This document shows positions 37,068 through 50,400 of a stretch of 64,000 nucleotides of DNA, one piece after another. Every line of letters begins with the position of its first letter. Position 1 is the stretch's first letter. The notes beneath the pieces are model-generated. The model was not told the origin of the DNA. It was given only the letters and a program-made list of their open reading frames with translations, and searched no databases. The translations under genes were made by a program, and so were the position numbers. Source of the stretch: Zygnema circumcarinatum SAG 698-1b (taxonomy: Eukaryota; Plantae; Zygnematophyceae); assembly GCA_037447605.1 (NCBI GenBank), contig CM074815.1:1550001-1614000 (forward strand), read 5' to 3'.

Positions 37068-40000
37068 TCAGCGGTGGTGCAGACCAATTTCTTGATGGTC
37101 GCTAGTCTTCCATTTCCCGGGCAGCTGGCCCAGCGGCCGCCTCAACATCACCCTCACTGGCGAAGGCAGGGCCTCTTTCTCCTCCTCTCGCATGTCCTCA
37201 TGCAAGAGATCACTGAAGTGGCTCTGCGAGTTGCTGCTTTGGTTTCCTCCCACCCCTATCCCAAGCCCACTGTTGCCGGCCATGGTTGAGTTGGGAGATG
37301 CTCTCAAAGGCTGTGGGGGAGCGCTTCCTGACTGCGAAGAGGCCGGCAATGCGGCGTTCCATGCAGGTGTGCTAACGACTCTGACGGGAGTGCCCGGAGG
37401 TCTCCGTTCGTCGTCCATGGCTTCAAACTCCTCCTCCGTTGTCGGAGTGTCCAGGTTCAGCGCCCCCCCATGTCCCCCCCCCGACCCCCCATGTGGTTTT
37501 CCCCTGCTTCTCTTCACCATACTGGTAGCTTCAGGGTCTCTGTGGGACATCACAGTCATGATTTGGTCGGCCTGTGGGCTATCGTCCAAATGGACGTTTG
37601 AATTGCGACCCCTCAGACGGCTCTTCTCTGAGTTGGCTACAATATAGGGAACTAGTTTGAAGGCAAAGGGGGTAAGCACAAGGCTGAGGGCTGTGGTGCC
37701 CATAAGGAGAAGATACAGCTTTTTGGAAACGAGGTTAAGGGCTTGGGCTCGTGACAAAAGAACAAAGGAAAACTCTCCTATCTGTGCCAGAGCGATCCCC
37801 ACACTTGCAGCTGTGCTTGCACTGTATCCGAATACGCGAACCTGTGATCAACCGAAAAGAAAAGCCTTTCTTAGCAACTATGTATAGTATTGGCTCCGAG
37901 CCACTATGCCTAAGCAGGGCGAACACCTGCAAATTCCCTCCTACCACTCGTCCACTCTCCTGCCTATCCTCACGTTCCATAATCTTATCCAGAACAAGCC
38001 TTTCTTCCACGTGCAAAATGAAATGCATAGATAGGGACGTGGGTCACTCTACCGTGAATGCGACGAGGCATGCCTTGCCGAAGAAGACAACTGCCAGGGC
38101 AGAGAGCAGAATATGCTTGTGATGCCAAAGGAAGTAGGGATGCATGACCATCCCAATAGAGGCAAGAAAGAGGGCTGCAAAGATGTTCCGAATGGGCTCC
38201 ATTTGGTGCAGGGTCCGTTCGCTGTGCTTCCCACCTGACCATGACATCGGCAAGAAACACATCAGTAAATGCAGACACTCCTTTCCTATTCTCTTATAAA
38301 AAGAAGCAGCCAATCCCCTCTCGTACCAAGCAATTGAAATGGCCCTACGTTTTCTCTGCAGCTTAGAAAATAGAGCATAAGGAACAGAGAGGTTCCGGTG
38401 AATGAGAGGCTACCTGAGAGCATGAGTCCTGCGACGAACGCACCGACTTCCAAACTGAGACCAAGGTATTCCGAAAAGAGGGCCACACAGAGGCAGATGG
38501 CTACGCAGCCAAGCTGATAGAGCTCACTGTTATACTTAGAAAGTCGCATGAGAGTGCGCAGAAAGCGGGGGATGAAAATTTTGGTAATAAGCCACGCTAG
38601 CCCACAAAAGGCTATGAGAAGGGCCACCTCCCATAGCAGAGATCGTCCTATGGAGAAAACAGATGAGCCCTTAGCCGCTAAAGCAGGCATCACTGCCAAC
38701 AGGAGGCCCAAAGCGCAGTCTTGAAGGATGAGGGTGCCAAGCATGATCTGCATCGCAGGATGTGACCAACCCGCTTCTCTTGTCTGTTTAGTAATAAACA
38801 AGGTGGGAAAAGTATCGTACTTCGGAGCAAAATATCTCACTTTGTGCTGTCTTTTTGAAGTAACAGGCAAACACAAACACCGAGCTCTTCATGGAACGTG
38901 TATGAGACACAAGTGATACTTGACAACAAGAGGAGGGCCATTTTTCCATAGGCTGGTGAAATAATTAGAGGAAACCGGTGCCCCTCAGCTCATATGCAAC
39001 TCACACGCACTGCTGACACGTAGACCTACCTCATAGTGCAGGGAAAAGCTGAAACTACTTCCCGATTAATGCAACAAAATAAGATGCGTGATAGACCACA
39101 GCATGAAAGATGAGAATAGGTCTCTTCAACAAACGAAAGTCATCACACCTATGATCGTTTATCCCTATGCGTTACAAGCTTCTCGAAAGTTTGCCCCTAC
39201 ACTTAAAAGCTGGTCTATGTCATACATAAACCTGCGAACATATGAAACCCAAATTTTACCTTACATGCAGCTGTGCCCCTGCCTGGCCTGACTCACCACA
39301 ACATTTGAGCAATTCTAGAGGAGAGGAGGTGCACCTGGCCATACTCCGTGTTTGTCATATTCAAGTCCATGAGACATTTGATCACCACTGCTGTGGAAGA
39401 CATGGATAAGAAAGCCCCTGAGCCCTCCATCCCAGCAAAGGAAGGCCATACCAGGTTTCAGCAGAGAATACAAACTGTAGCAAAAGTTCACAAGGGAGCA
39501 GAGCAACAAAGAAAGGAGTGTCCAACAATCGATCATGTCTGTTCAAAGTTGAAGCTTTGATCAGCATAAAGGCAACCATATCTACAGCTTTGATCAACGC
39601 GAATACAAAGTGACTTGGTATGACTCAGGCTACCTCCAAGTGAGTGGACCAAGCCCCATCTATGAAATCCTGAACCCTGTGTTCCTCACCTATGAAAATG
39701 CCTTGTGTAGTTTGAGTGCTGAACAATCCTCCCAGCAGCATCGCCACACATATCTGAATGGCCCCCCCTCCAAGGGCCACTGCTTGGCAGCCCTGCATGC
39801 GGGCGAGATTGAACTCAATGCCGAGAGCAAAGAGCAGAAACACCACTCCAAACTGCGCCAAGGTTTCTACCTGCCATCCGACCCAATGCCCTTTCTCAAA
39901 ATTAGGTCATCCACAGCAACCACATACCGTACCAAACGTGGTCATTCTGATGCTGCGAAAGGCGAGCACTCTCTTTCAGGACTTTCCAGGATAGCTTGCC

Positions 40001-42563
40001 GCTTCTTGCGAGGTGATGGGGTGCTAAACAACATCTTCTCTTTCAGCTAAAGCTCCCTGTTGGAGATGAGGAGGTATTCAAACCAGACAATAAACTTGCA
40101 GATTGGAAGAATCTCTGCAGAAGTAAAAGATCTATAACCTAATTCCAAACGCCCAGAGGGATTTATGAATTTAGTATGCCTAAAGGCAACGATTCGAATC
40201 ACTTGAACGTGTGCTTAAATCGACCTTGAAATTATAATGTCTGAACACACTCAGAGGTAAAAAAGGACAGTACCACTGGTCTACAAGGTCAGACCTGGCC
40301 CACATAATATGCCTATATGCCTGACAGAGGCAGCGCAGCGGGTAATGTCTAGAGGAAGCATGGTTTGTAACATCCGTCCTGTGTACTTGTAGCTCTTGAG
40401 AGCATACCAAGTAATGAGTCAAAACATGGGTGACTGAGGGCAGTATGTTATGCTGTCACAAAGAAATGTGATGAGAACTCTGTTTGACTAGCCAGTAACA
40501 TGCGACTGTCAGGAAAGCTCAAACAGTCTGTTCGTACTAGGATTCTACTCGTCAAAAGTTTCAGAAATGTACCGAATAAAAAGCATATCGTACAATTTAT
40601 AAGCTTTCGCGCTTCTATGGGAAGTCATAACTCTGCATAGTGTTCCTGGATGATGCATTTTGCTACGCTCGGATATTGAGCATGAAAGCATGGAAGTTCT
40701 GAGTACCAAAGTAACTGGCAGAAGTTGCAGGGGTCTTAATGGCAGTGCCTAGCACACAAGTATCACTACTAGTTTGTGGGACAAAGGAAAGGAACATGTC
40801 ATCCTAATATCGACACTAAACATCCCTTTACTAAAACTTGATGCGATCAGGCATGGTGACTAAGGTGCAGCGTTTACGTTCAATTCAATGTCTTTGACGG
40901 TGAACTCAAATAGAATTCAAACAATCTCGTTCCAGTTAGGGAATAGCAAAAGCCAACAAGACAGGGAATTTTTTGTCAATAGTCGAGGGAGGGCTTCGGA
41001 GCTTGAACACTGAAAAGGACTTTTTCAGTGTTCAAGCTCTGACGCCCTTAGATATTGGCAAAGACTCCTTCGTCTTGTTGGCTTATACCACTCCCTTCCT
41101 TGGACATACTGTTCTCCCAGTCAGATCCTTGGACATACTATTCTCCCAGTCAGAATGTACCTCTCGAAGTGATCGTCCGTATCCTTTTGCAACAAGTCCA
41201 AGATGGGAATACGTACCTGAACTAATTCATGAATAAGCTGAAAGCCCCCGGGTCCAACAATCATTCCGGCGGCAAGGTAGCCAAGTATCAGCGGCTGACC
41301 CAAGAGGCCACAAACCAAGGCTCCAAGTGCAGCCGCCACAATGACTTTAACAATGTCGGAAATCAGGGTGAGATCCTCCTGCAGCTGCATCTTTGACCCT
41401 TTGCCGGGATTGCTAATTACGTATTCGTTGTCATTGGAATCAATCAGCCGTGGGAGCTCGTCCATCCTCTCCTCCTGTTGCTGCTCCTCTTTGCGAGCAG
41501 CCTCTTCCTTGGCTTCTTTTGCCTGCCTGCTCTGAGCCTCCCCTAGCTCTTTCAGTTCTCCAGCTGACCTAAGACTTGTGTTGTTGTGGCCATTTATGGA
41601 TGTTCCATTCTTGCTCTTGCCGTCTTTGCCTTTGTCACCTGATCCCACTCCTAACATCTTCCCCAACCAAGCAACATCTTTCTTTGAGTCATCCTCTACG
41701 TGACCCACCTCAAACGGTGAGGCTTTCCCTTCAGAATTCTCCCCTCCCTCTTCAACTTTCTCATCCTTCCCACCACTTCCTACTTCATTTCCATTTTCAC
41801 CATCTTCCTTTTCCTCATTTGGAAGATCTTTGTGATGATGTTTTCCAACCCTTGCGACCCATTCCAGGACAGCCTCCTGTTTTTCCAGTGTTTCATTAAA
41901 TCTCCCTGCCCCTTTATCATCATCCTCCTCTAACCTATCCAACAGGTGATCTATCATGTTTGCCACATCCTCCCCCTCTTTCTTCTCTAGCGGTTGCTCG
42001 TTCAATTCTCCTTCATATTGCTCTGGATTTTCATCCACTCCCGCCGTCCCTCCCTCCCCCTCACTCTGCTGTTTAGCTGCACCCGCCTCTGCCTCCTTTC
42101 CATTCTCATCAAGCAGTCGCCTCCCGTCCTCCGAATCGAGAAGCATAGGCAGAAGAGAGTTCTCTCCATCCACTCCTAACGTTACAGACTGCCAGCTTCC
42201 TGCATTAGACTCCTTAAAAGAGTCGCCTTCCCTACCTTTCCGGCCATCTGCAGCGTTGCTCTCCTCCGAACCCTCTCTCTTTCCTTCCCCTCCTCCTGAA
42301 CCCTCTGCATTGCCCTCCTGCTCTCCTGCCTCCTCAACACCTCCCAGCTCCTTCCCCTCCTGATCGCCACGGCCCCACCATGGCCGTACCTTCGCTCCGC
42401 CCCGTAGATGAGCCCCACCATCGAGCCCTACGCTATCATCTGCAAGAACAGACTCCTGGAACAGGAAGACTACCGCGAATATCCAGCAGACAATGGCAAA
42501 CTGCGCAGCAAAAGGCGCTCTCCTCCTCCTCCACACGCCGCGGCATCGCCTCCCATCCGACAT
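37068..42563 (-). CDS. KEA: K+ efflux antiporter, CPA2 family, KEA4/5/6 type, multi-exon
   Basis: N-terminal hydrophobic segment; QEAVLEWVARV, RLIDSNDNEYVISNP, QPLILGYLAAGMIVGPGG, AQFGVVFLLFALGIEF, GAFLSMSSTAVV, MLGTLILQDCALGLL, LGLSLEVGAFVAGLMLS, MEPIRNIFAALFLASIG and LAQIGEFSFVLLSRA. Confidence 0.95.
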
Positions 42564-42764
42564 GTGCGTCAGGGCCTGGTCGCAGCACCCCGGCTGCGTC
42601 CTGCTGCAGCCCTGCCCTAAATGTCTCGCTCAGGGCCGGCTGCCTCAGCGTTGATGGGGAATTCTGAGGTGCATCCGTGATTCATGTCGGCGCTTGTAGG
42701 ATTCAGCCGCAGCATGCAGCGCGGCGGACCGCCATGGACAGGCGGTCGGTGGTTCCTCGCCCGC

Positions 42765-42820
42765 CTCCCTCCCTCCCTCCCTCCCTCCCTCCCTCCCTCC
42801 CTCCCTCCCTCCCTCCCTCT
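42765..42820. repeat. (CCCT)n microsatellite upstream of KEA
   Basis: Visible; shorter copies at about 35783-35805 and 35862-35880. Confidence 0.9.
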
Positions 42821-42920
42821 CTCCCACCCGCCCGCCCTCGCCGCCTCCTCCCCCGGAGCCCCTCCCTCAGTCCCCCCCTCCGCCCGCGCCCTGAAACGCG
42901 CCGCCCCCCTGGCCACGTCT

Positions 42921-43069
42921 GTACGGCACCCGCCACAGTACGGCAATGAGCCGTACTGTACGGCATCCGAATGAGGGCGTGGCGGACTTGCAAAAATCGT
43001 ACTGGGTTTTGTTCAGTAGTACTGGAGAGTGTTTGGTACTCTTTGGCAGAATACGGTACGAAACCGTAC
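42921..43069. promoter_or_regulatory. GTAC cluster (9 sites) in the KEA/NSE3 divergent intergenic region
   Basis: GTAC at 42921, 42938, 42953, 42958, 42999, 43019, 43036, 43056 and 43066, mostly in CGTAC or GTACG context. Function is inferred. Confidence 0.45.
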
Positions 43070-43407
43070 ACGGCACCGTAGGTCGTGTCAAAATCGTCAG
43101 TAATCCTGAAGAAGCATCTTCCACTCGATTTTGTTCAAAAAAGTCTTACGCGCCCATGTTTGACTGCTGCCCTGGTTTTCCTTTCGTCCCGAAAAATCCG
43201 ATTCGTTTTGATGTGCTGAAGTTCGTAACGGAACAACACGGCAGGTCACGTCACGTGCCGTACACATGACGCCAGAAAGCTGGCAGGTTTGAAACTGAGA
43301 AACTCTGTCTGCAGTTCGGTGTGCAGCTGAAGATAACGGAACGGGGGCAGCAGCGATCGTCTTGGACGCCTCCCGCTCCCGCCTCCCGTGCAGGGCCCGG
43401 GGCGGCC

Positions 43408-46400
43408 ATGGCGCCTGCAGCAGCAGCAGCAGGAGCAGCAGGGGCAGTAGCCTCGAGGGCGGGCGGGCCATGGCGGCGGAAAGGCCTGGCAGAAGAGGCC
43501 GGGCGCGGCAGGAAGAGGACGAAGGTGGTGAGGAGGTCTCTTTGTCGCCCGCTGAGCTGGTAATTCTGCACGTTGTCGTCTATGGATAACAGGAGAGGAG
43601 GAGGAAGAGGTAGTGGGTGCTATTGTGCGCGTTCCTCAATTCCCAGATGAAAGCGATGGTTGTTACATTTACTGCTTGATTTTTTTTGCTTATCGACTCT
43701 ACCCGAGAGTCTTAGCGGGAGAAAAAGTTCCCCTTCCTATAGCGCTTGGTCATGCAGCAGGCACTAAAGCAGAACAGTGCGAGATACAGGTGAATTTGAG
43801 CGTGAATTTTCTCCTCTATTGAATCGTTTAGTTCGAATTTTGGGAACATTGAACAACCTTTTATACCTTTTTAGTCTTTGTTTTGGAGTATGTTTGTTCT
43901 GCAGTCACAGAAGTATGTCGAGGAGGCAGCACGGATTGGAGGCCAGTTCGTTGTCCGCTCTTGCACGGAAGAGGTGAGCGGTACAAGTACTCCCATATGC
44001 AAAGGATTGCAAGACGTTAGCCTGCAAAGATTTATTTTTCTATGTGCTGCCTCGCATACTTCATTCTGCTTACAAACTCTCAGATAACATACTTTCTCTT
44101 GGACTGCTGCAGAAGGTCTCTTAAATTTTGAGCTCTACAATAATTTACTTGCTTGAATCGGATCTCTCTTGCATTGCAGAGGAATTGCCTGCGGCGTTCG
44201 TGTAATGAGCGTGAAAGCTTCTTTCTCATGGCTACATGCAATGCAGAAATTGATGACTTAATCTGCCTGCGTAAATGCTACCCATAACGTGTAGGAAGCG
44301 GACAAAATGACTGGAGAAATCATGCGTTATATGATTTTCAAAAATTACAAGGACTTTGGAGTACCTGTCAAGCGGGAAGAGCTCGTGGACGAGGTGAACA
44401 AGACGTACAAAAACCGCCGAGGTTTTGCCGGTTACATCATTGCAAATGCACAAGCAAATTTTCCCTCTCTGTTTGGGCTGGAGATGAAAGAGATTCAGAG
44501 GCAACGACTCTCAAAAACTGGTTCGAGTGCAACACAAGGTGAGCTTTTCGAAGCTGTTCCCTGATTTTCGTTCAGTGGCTACCACAAAGGAGCTGCATTG
44601 ACATTACAACTGCCTGTCGACGTTGCCCCTCGGTTGCTTTCCTCGTGCATGACTACTGAAAAATCTAACAAAGGTGGTTTCGGTTCGGTATTGGATTGCC
44701 TATTGGATGCCTGTCCTGTAACTTGAGGGGCTGATGGTCACTTTCCTTTGAGCGCACAGTCCTAGAGAAGCATAGCCGTTTTCTAGTTGCAAGGGAAAAA
44801 AAAACGAGCAGGTTTGGAGACCGGCATTAAACATTGCTTCTGCGTAGCTTGCCAGATGCGAAAATTATCTGCAAGCCGCAAAGTTATATCCAGTTTTTGC
44901 CAGCACTGTTAATATGGCCATAAATTGAAGCTATACCCTTGTATGATTAGCAATGCCTTGGTGACTACCGCAGGTTTTCTTTTTCGATTCTTGGGGATAA
45001 AGCTCAAATTAGCAGGACTTGACAGATTCACAATCCTCGACTTGTGCAGGTGACTCGTCAGCGTCAAGGTCCTCATCTTATGTTCTGAGGAGCATGCTGC
45101 CGTCAGAAGTTCGCAAGAAGTTTGTCGAGACTTCTGAGTCTTCTGCCATCAAAGCCTTGGGTCTGATTGTGGTCAACCTCATCAGTATTCAAGGAGACAG
45201 AATGGAAGAAAGTGAGCTATCTTTGCATAATCTCCTCCTTATCACTTATCAACTATGACCTTTGTAGAAGTCATAAAGTACGGTTTTAGAAGCCCATACC
45301 TGCTAGTAGGGATGGAGTGTTCTCCCTTGTGTCATGCATTTTCCAGGTTTGGAGGTTTAGACCTGTTAGGCAAGGTCTGTCAATTTGATCATGTGCCAAG
45401 GAGTTCATCTTCTTTCAAAGAAGGTTAAAGTTCTACTTGCCATTAGGCAAGAGAAAATGCATGTCCCATCATCTTTATTCTCTGAGAACTAGGGAGGATC
45501 AGCGGACTGTCATGTGAATCCGTGCACCAAATAGGCACTTGCAGTGTCGTCAGATGGACGAATTCCTGAAGCAATCTACTGTGTCTCATTTTGAAGGTCT
45601 GGCGGACTGAATTATTAGGACCTGTAGACACTTAATTGGAGGCGCTCACATCATTTGTAAACCCGATCGCTATCAGTCTTTTGCGTTTGTGACCTGCAAG
45701 ACAAATGAATGGCTGATGGATATTTGATTCAGGTAAACAGGACCTTCACAGTCTCCTTTCTTTCTGTCTGGCCTCCATGTTGCTGCAGGTTTGCTTTGGA
45801 AACTCCTGGCTGAGCTTGGAATCGATGAGAAGCAGGAAAATCACCCTACCTTTGGCAATGTGGGACAAGCCATTCAAACATTGATTAAACAGAGGTGAGC
45901 TCTGTTTTGAATAGTTGTAGTTGCCACGAGTTTGGTGATGCTTGAGCTGCCTGCCATTACAAGCGAAGTGATTCTGTTGCTGGATGGTCTTGAAGGAGCG
46001 GAGCATTCTGACCCGGAAAGGTGAAGGGGCGTGTCCTTGAAGGCTGACAGGCTGCCCGTTTGATATCCACGGGTCCTAAATTTCCCCGGCAATGTTTTTT
46101 TGGATGGGAGGCAGGTGTATCCAAGTGGAGAAGGTCTCAAACGCCGACGGAAATGAACTGTTTTATCATGTGGCAGAAAACGCCATTGACGAACTGAGTG
46201 AAAGGAAGTTGCAGACGTTTCAGAGGAAGGTAAGCTTAGTCTCTTTTGTCTGTTGCTTGAGGGAGTGGCTCACGTTTTATTTTCTCCTCTCGTTTTGCGT
46301 CTCTCTCTCCCACGATTCTGCTTACAAACTCTTCAACGTTTCAGTTGTTAGAAATAAAGCTACCCTAACATTTTGCTATGCATCTATTTTATGCGCAGGT

Positions 46401-46410
46401 GTTGGAATAG
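43408..46410 (+). CDS. NSE3: SMC5/6 complex subunit NSE3 (MAGE domain), multi-exon; start codon uncertain (43408 fits splice phase, 43470 is an alternative)
   Basis: EADKMTGEIMRYMIFKNYKDFGVPVKREEL...FGLEMKEIQR, SYVLRSML, LLWKLLAELGIDEKQENHPTFGNV...LIKQR and final exon VLE* at 46410 match recalled plant NSE3/MAGE blocks. Confidence 0.88.
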
Positions 46411-47463
46411 TACCACCACTTCTGAACTGATTTTGAAATTGCGCTTTGAAGCCAGGCTCTATCTCTCACATGGCGTGGAGAAACTGAGTCGCTTGTTCAA
46501 TGATGCAGAAACAATAAACAGAAGAACGAAATAAACTGCAACAAGGTCCTACTTTTTTGCTGCTTGTACAAATGCAAGTTGCTGTCATATATTTGTCGTC
46601 TAGTTTTCAGGCCAGAGGTTTCTCCTTCAGCAATTCGTAATATCGTAGATAAGGAAGGTCAGAATAAAGGTTCAGGCAAGGCAGGAAATGGTTGCAGTTG
46701 GTTGCCTTGTTCAACCACTTTGGATTTGCCACTGGTTTCAGCATGTAATTTTACCTACAGGTCTTCCAAAGAAGTTTAGTGGACCTCCGTAAAGGACTGC
46801 GCCGGGAGACTGTCTACTTGTCTAGAGCTTTTGATATCAGAATCCCAAGTAGGGAATTCTCCAGTGGCAGTTTCAGCCTCAAAATTTCAGTTTTTGTTTT
46901 GATGGTCTCAGCTGTACGTTCGTTTCCCCAATTTGGAAAATTTATATACAATTATGATTCAATGCATTTTCGAAGGCATAGATTGCCAAATCCTGGCCAT
47001 CATGTAATGAAGGATGCCGACCAGTAAAGAGCTTTCAAGTGTCAGGTGGAGACCTCAAAGGCCAAAGCAATGCCCCATCACTGCTGTCCTTTCTCATGGC
47101 ACAATCGAGAATTGAGCAAATAGCTGATCGGTTTGTACTTACAAATCGTGCTGATAGCCATAGGTGACAGACAACACAAAAAGGACGAGTTTATTATACA
47201 GTCTCAAAAAATGAATTTCAAACATTCCGGACTGTTCTGAACTCTCCCCTTTTGCCCCTCCCTCCCTCCTTCCCTATTCCCTCTCCTAGTTCTATCCAAT
47301 CGCACATTGCAATGGTAACCATGTTTGTCCCTTTGACCTTTCTGGTTTCTGTTTCTGGTTTTGATCAAAAGATCAATTAATCGAGCACTCGTGTCAAAAT
47401 CGATAACTACAAACTGAACACCTTTTAGGCGCCCCCCCGCTCAATGTTCTATGTCGTCATGCA

Positions 47464-50400
47464 TCAAATGCTTAATTTTAACTCGTTGATCTCGATCTCT
47501 ACCTCCTCCAACTCTGCTTTCTCTTCCTCATCCTCTTCTTCCTCCTCCTCTTCTTCATCATCCTCATCTGGCACTCCTTCCTCATCGTTTTCATCGAGGG
47601 AGTCCAACACGTGTACTCCCACTGAACCCTTCTCCAGAGTTGATTTCAACATGTCGATGCCGTCGGATGAGATATAGTTTCCATTCAAATTCAGAAGCTT
47701 GAAAGCTGGCAAGTCTGCCACTGCGGATGCCGCTGCAACTGCTCCAACTTTTGTGATTTGATTCACATTCAGATGCAGCTCTTCCAATTTCCTGCGCACA
47801 GTCGACATCGACCATTACAGCCAAACTCATAACATTTGACATAACAAATGGACGAAAGAAAAGTGCAACAAAAGTGCAGATGCGCTTTTTTAAAGCATCT
47901 TTGAGGCAAAGACAATACCTGTGATGAGAGGTGATGCCTTTGCACACCAGTACGGCTCCTCGGTCCTTCAATTCGTTTTCACCAAGGTCGACCTTCCGCA
48001 GATCAACCTTGGATTCTACAAGGGAGCCCAAGGCACTAGCCGCCCTTGCAGTGATTCCATTGCCGCTAAGCTCCAGAACCTGAAATAGCAATGGGAAAGT
48101 AGCCACGAAAATATCCCAATGATAAATCTTAGAAGAACTGGTTTGCAACAAGAACCCACATCAACCTTTTGCATCCATGTCAAACGCATGGCATCCAAAT
48201 TTAGCAACAGCCATCGTAAGGACAAGGTTGAACTTGCGGCCATGTCTCAAGCCTCTCATTAAGAATATAGTTTATACATTTGACATGGCATCTGAACTCA
48301 CCTCGAGATTTGCTGCACTGTGTTGAAGAGCCTTCGCCAATGCGATGGCGCCCTTGTCGCCAACACCTGAAGATCAATTCCGTTCAAAGCAATAACAAGA
48401 AATAAAATTAGAACATGTTTTCAATTGAGGACCACAAACCCTAGGGGTGGAGTTGCACACCATTTGAAAGCTGCCAGGGAATCAGCAATCCATCTAAAAG
48501 TTGGTCCTTCAAAAAAAACAGCCATCTAAAAGTTGATCCTTCAAAAAAAACAGCAATGTAAGGAGGAAGGTACAAATATTTCACTAGTTACAAGAAAACA
48601 TGCAGATCGAGCTTCAAGCTAACCTGTCTCTGAAAGATATAGTTCTCGCAAGCTGCTGTGACACTGCAGTGTCCTTGCAAGAGCTTCGGCAGTTTCTTCA
48701 ATGAACATATTGTCTCGTAAATCCAACGATTTCAAATTGTTGCCTGCAACAGGAAACGACGCAAGCATCAAGGAATATGTTTCAAGGATGCCTCCTCTTT
48801 AACCACAAGCATCATTCTTTGGGCAAGTGTATAATTGATTTAGTATTGAGAACAACACCATTACAAAGAAAAGAAACAAGTCAAGTTTACCTGCCATCAA
48901 GGCTTCTGCAAGGGCCACACCACCCTCAGACCCCACCCTTGTGGACGAAAATCGAAAACTTTCCAATTTCCCCGACTTCGCCACAATCTTTGTAAGTGCC
49001 TTTGCGCCGGCATCTCCTGCAATTCATGCAATAGCAACAAATTAAATTGAGATTAGCCTTACAATATTCTTGGCAACAAAAAGCGTACACAATTCTATTA
49101 TCATCCATGTACACAAATTGCTAAGATACTGAAATTGACCTGCCATATATTGCGCGACATCATCAACGACCGTTCAGACCAACCTTCTTGCTTCCGAACT
49201 ACTCCATTCCTGTATGTTTTTTTGCCAATTGTATTGCAAAAAATCAGCTACCAATCAAGCCATACCGCTGTACAAGAAGATTTTTTGAACATATACGCTG
49301 ACGCAAGTGACCATTGCACCTCTCATTATAGGAAAGCTTACCGCTCATGTTGTTGTGAAAGTGAAACAACCGAAGATCAGGCATCTCAGGCATTAGTTCA
49401 ACTATCGCTTTAGCAGCAAATTCAGAGATTCCATTATTACAAAATGATAGTTGTTGAAGCGCTGTCTGCACATCAGTACACAAACAAAAGCTTTAGTACC
49501 AAAACCAATAACAAAGCTAACAGTTCAAATTTGTACTCTCTAACAGGACATCCCTGCAAATTCTTTCAAAAAAGAGATTGCTTTCTGTATTTTGAAATTT
49601 CTTATTTCTCAATCAGCACATGTCAAGATGTTCCATGTGAGTTTTATTCAGATTCAGAATTCAGATTTCACTGGTGACACCAATGAGATGCACGCCATTC
49701 AGAAAAGGAAGAAAACTATTCTTTTGCATCTTTCATCGGGGTACTAGCAAGATAAATTGTAGTTAACATCATCTTTGTCATTGATTTCTCAGATTCCTAA
49801 GTTCTACCGAAGCAATCCAAATGAAACTCATGAAACATCTTGACATGTGCTAATTGAGAAGTAAAAAGTTTCAAAATACAAAAAACAATCTCTTTCTTCA
49901 AAGGATTTCCAAGGATGCCCCATTTGAAAGTACAAATTTGAAATGCTAACCCCAATTCAAAATTTCATAGTTCTACTCGGGTCAATCTTCGACCAAACAA
50001 CCCCAAGTCTAAGCCATTTGTGTACCGCACCTGTCCTTTCAAAGCATCCGCGCACGCTCGAATGCCCTTTTCTCCAAAAGCATTATCGGAAAGGTCCAAC
50101 GCCAACAGCTTGGTGCCCTTTAGGGCCTTACTTATCACAGCCAAGACAGTTAGTGCATCGGTCTCCTGCCCATCCCCATACATCACAAGTAGAGATGTCA
50201 CAAACCTCTCTTCATCAAGTAACTCCGCATGCATATGAAAACAACACCAGCATTCACAACTTGAGTTGTTTTACAAAAATCTTGACAAACTTTACATACA
50301 TACAATCAACAAAGTGCTAGTTGGAACTGCGTAAGACGACATATAAGATTTGTGGCATTGAAAATGGCACCAACAAGCCATAATCAATTTTACCAAACTC

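Noticed and set aside
48490-48555. 33-bp tandem duplication in a RanGAP intron, and a 21-bp duplication at about 51123-51168
   Set aside because: Ordinary slippage duplications in introns with no effect on the frame.
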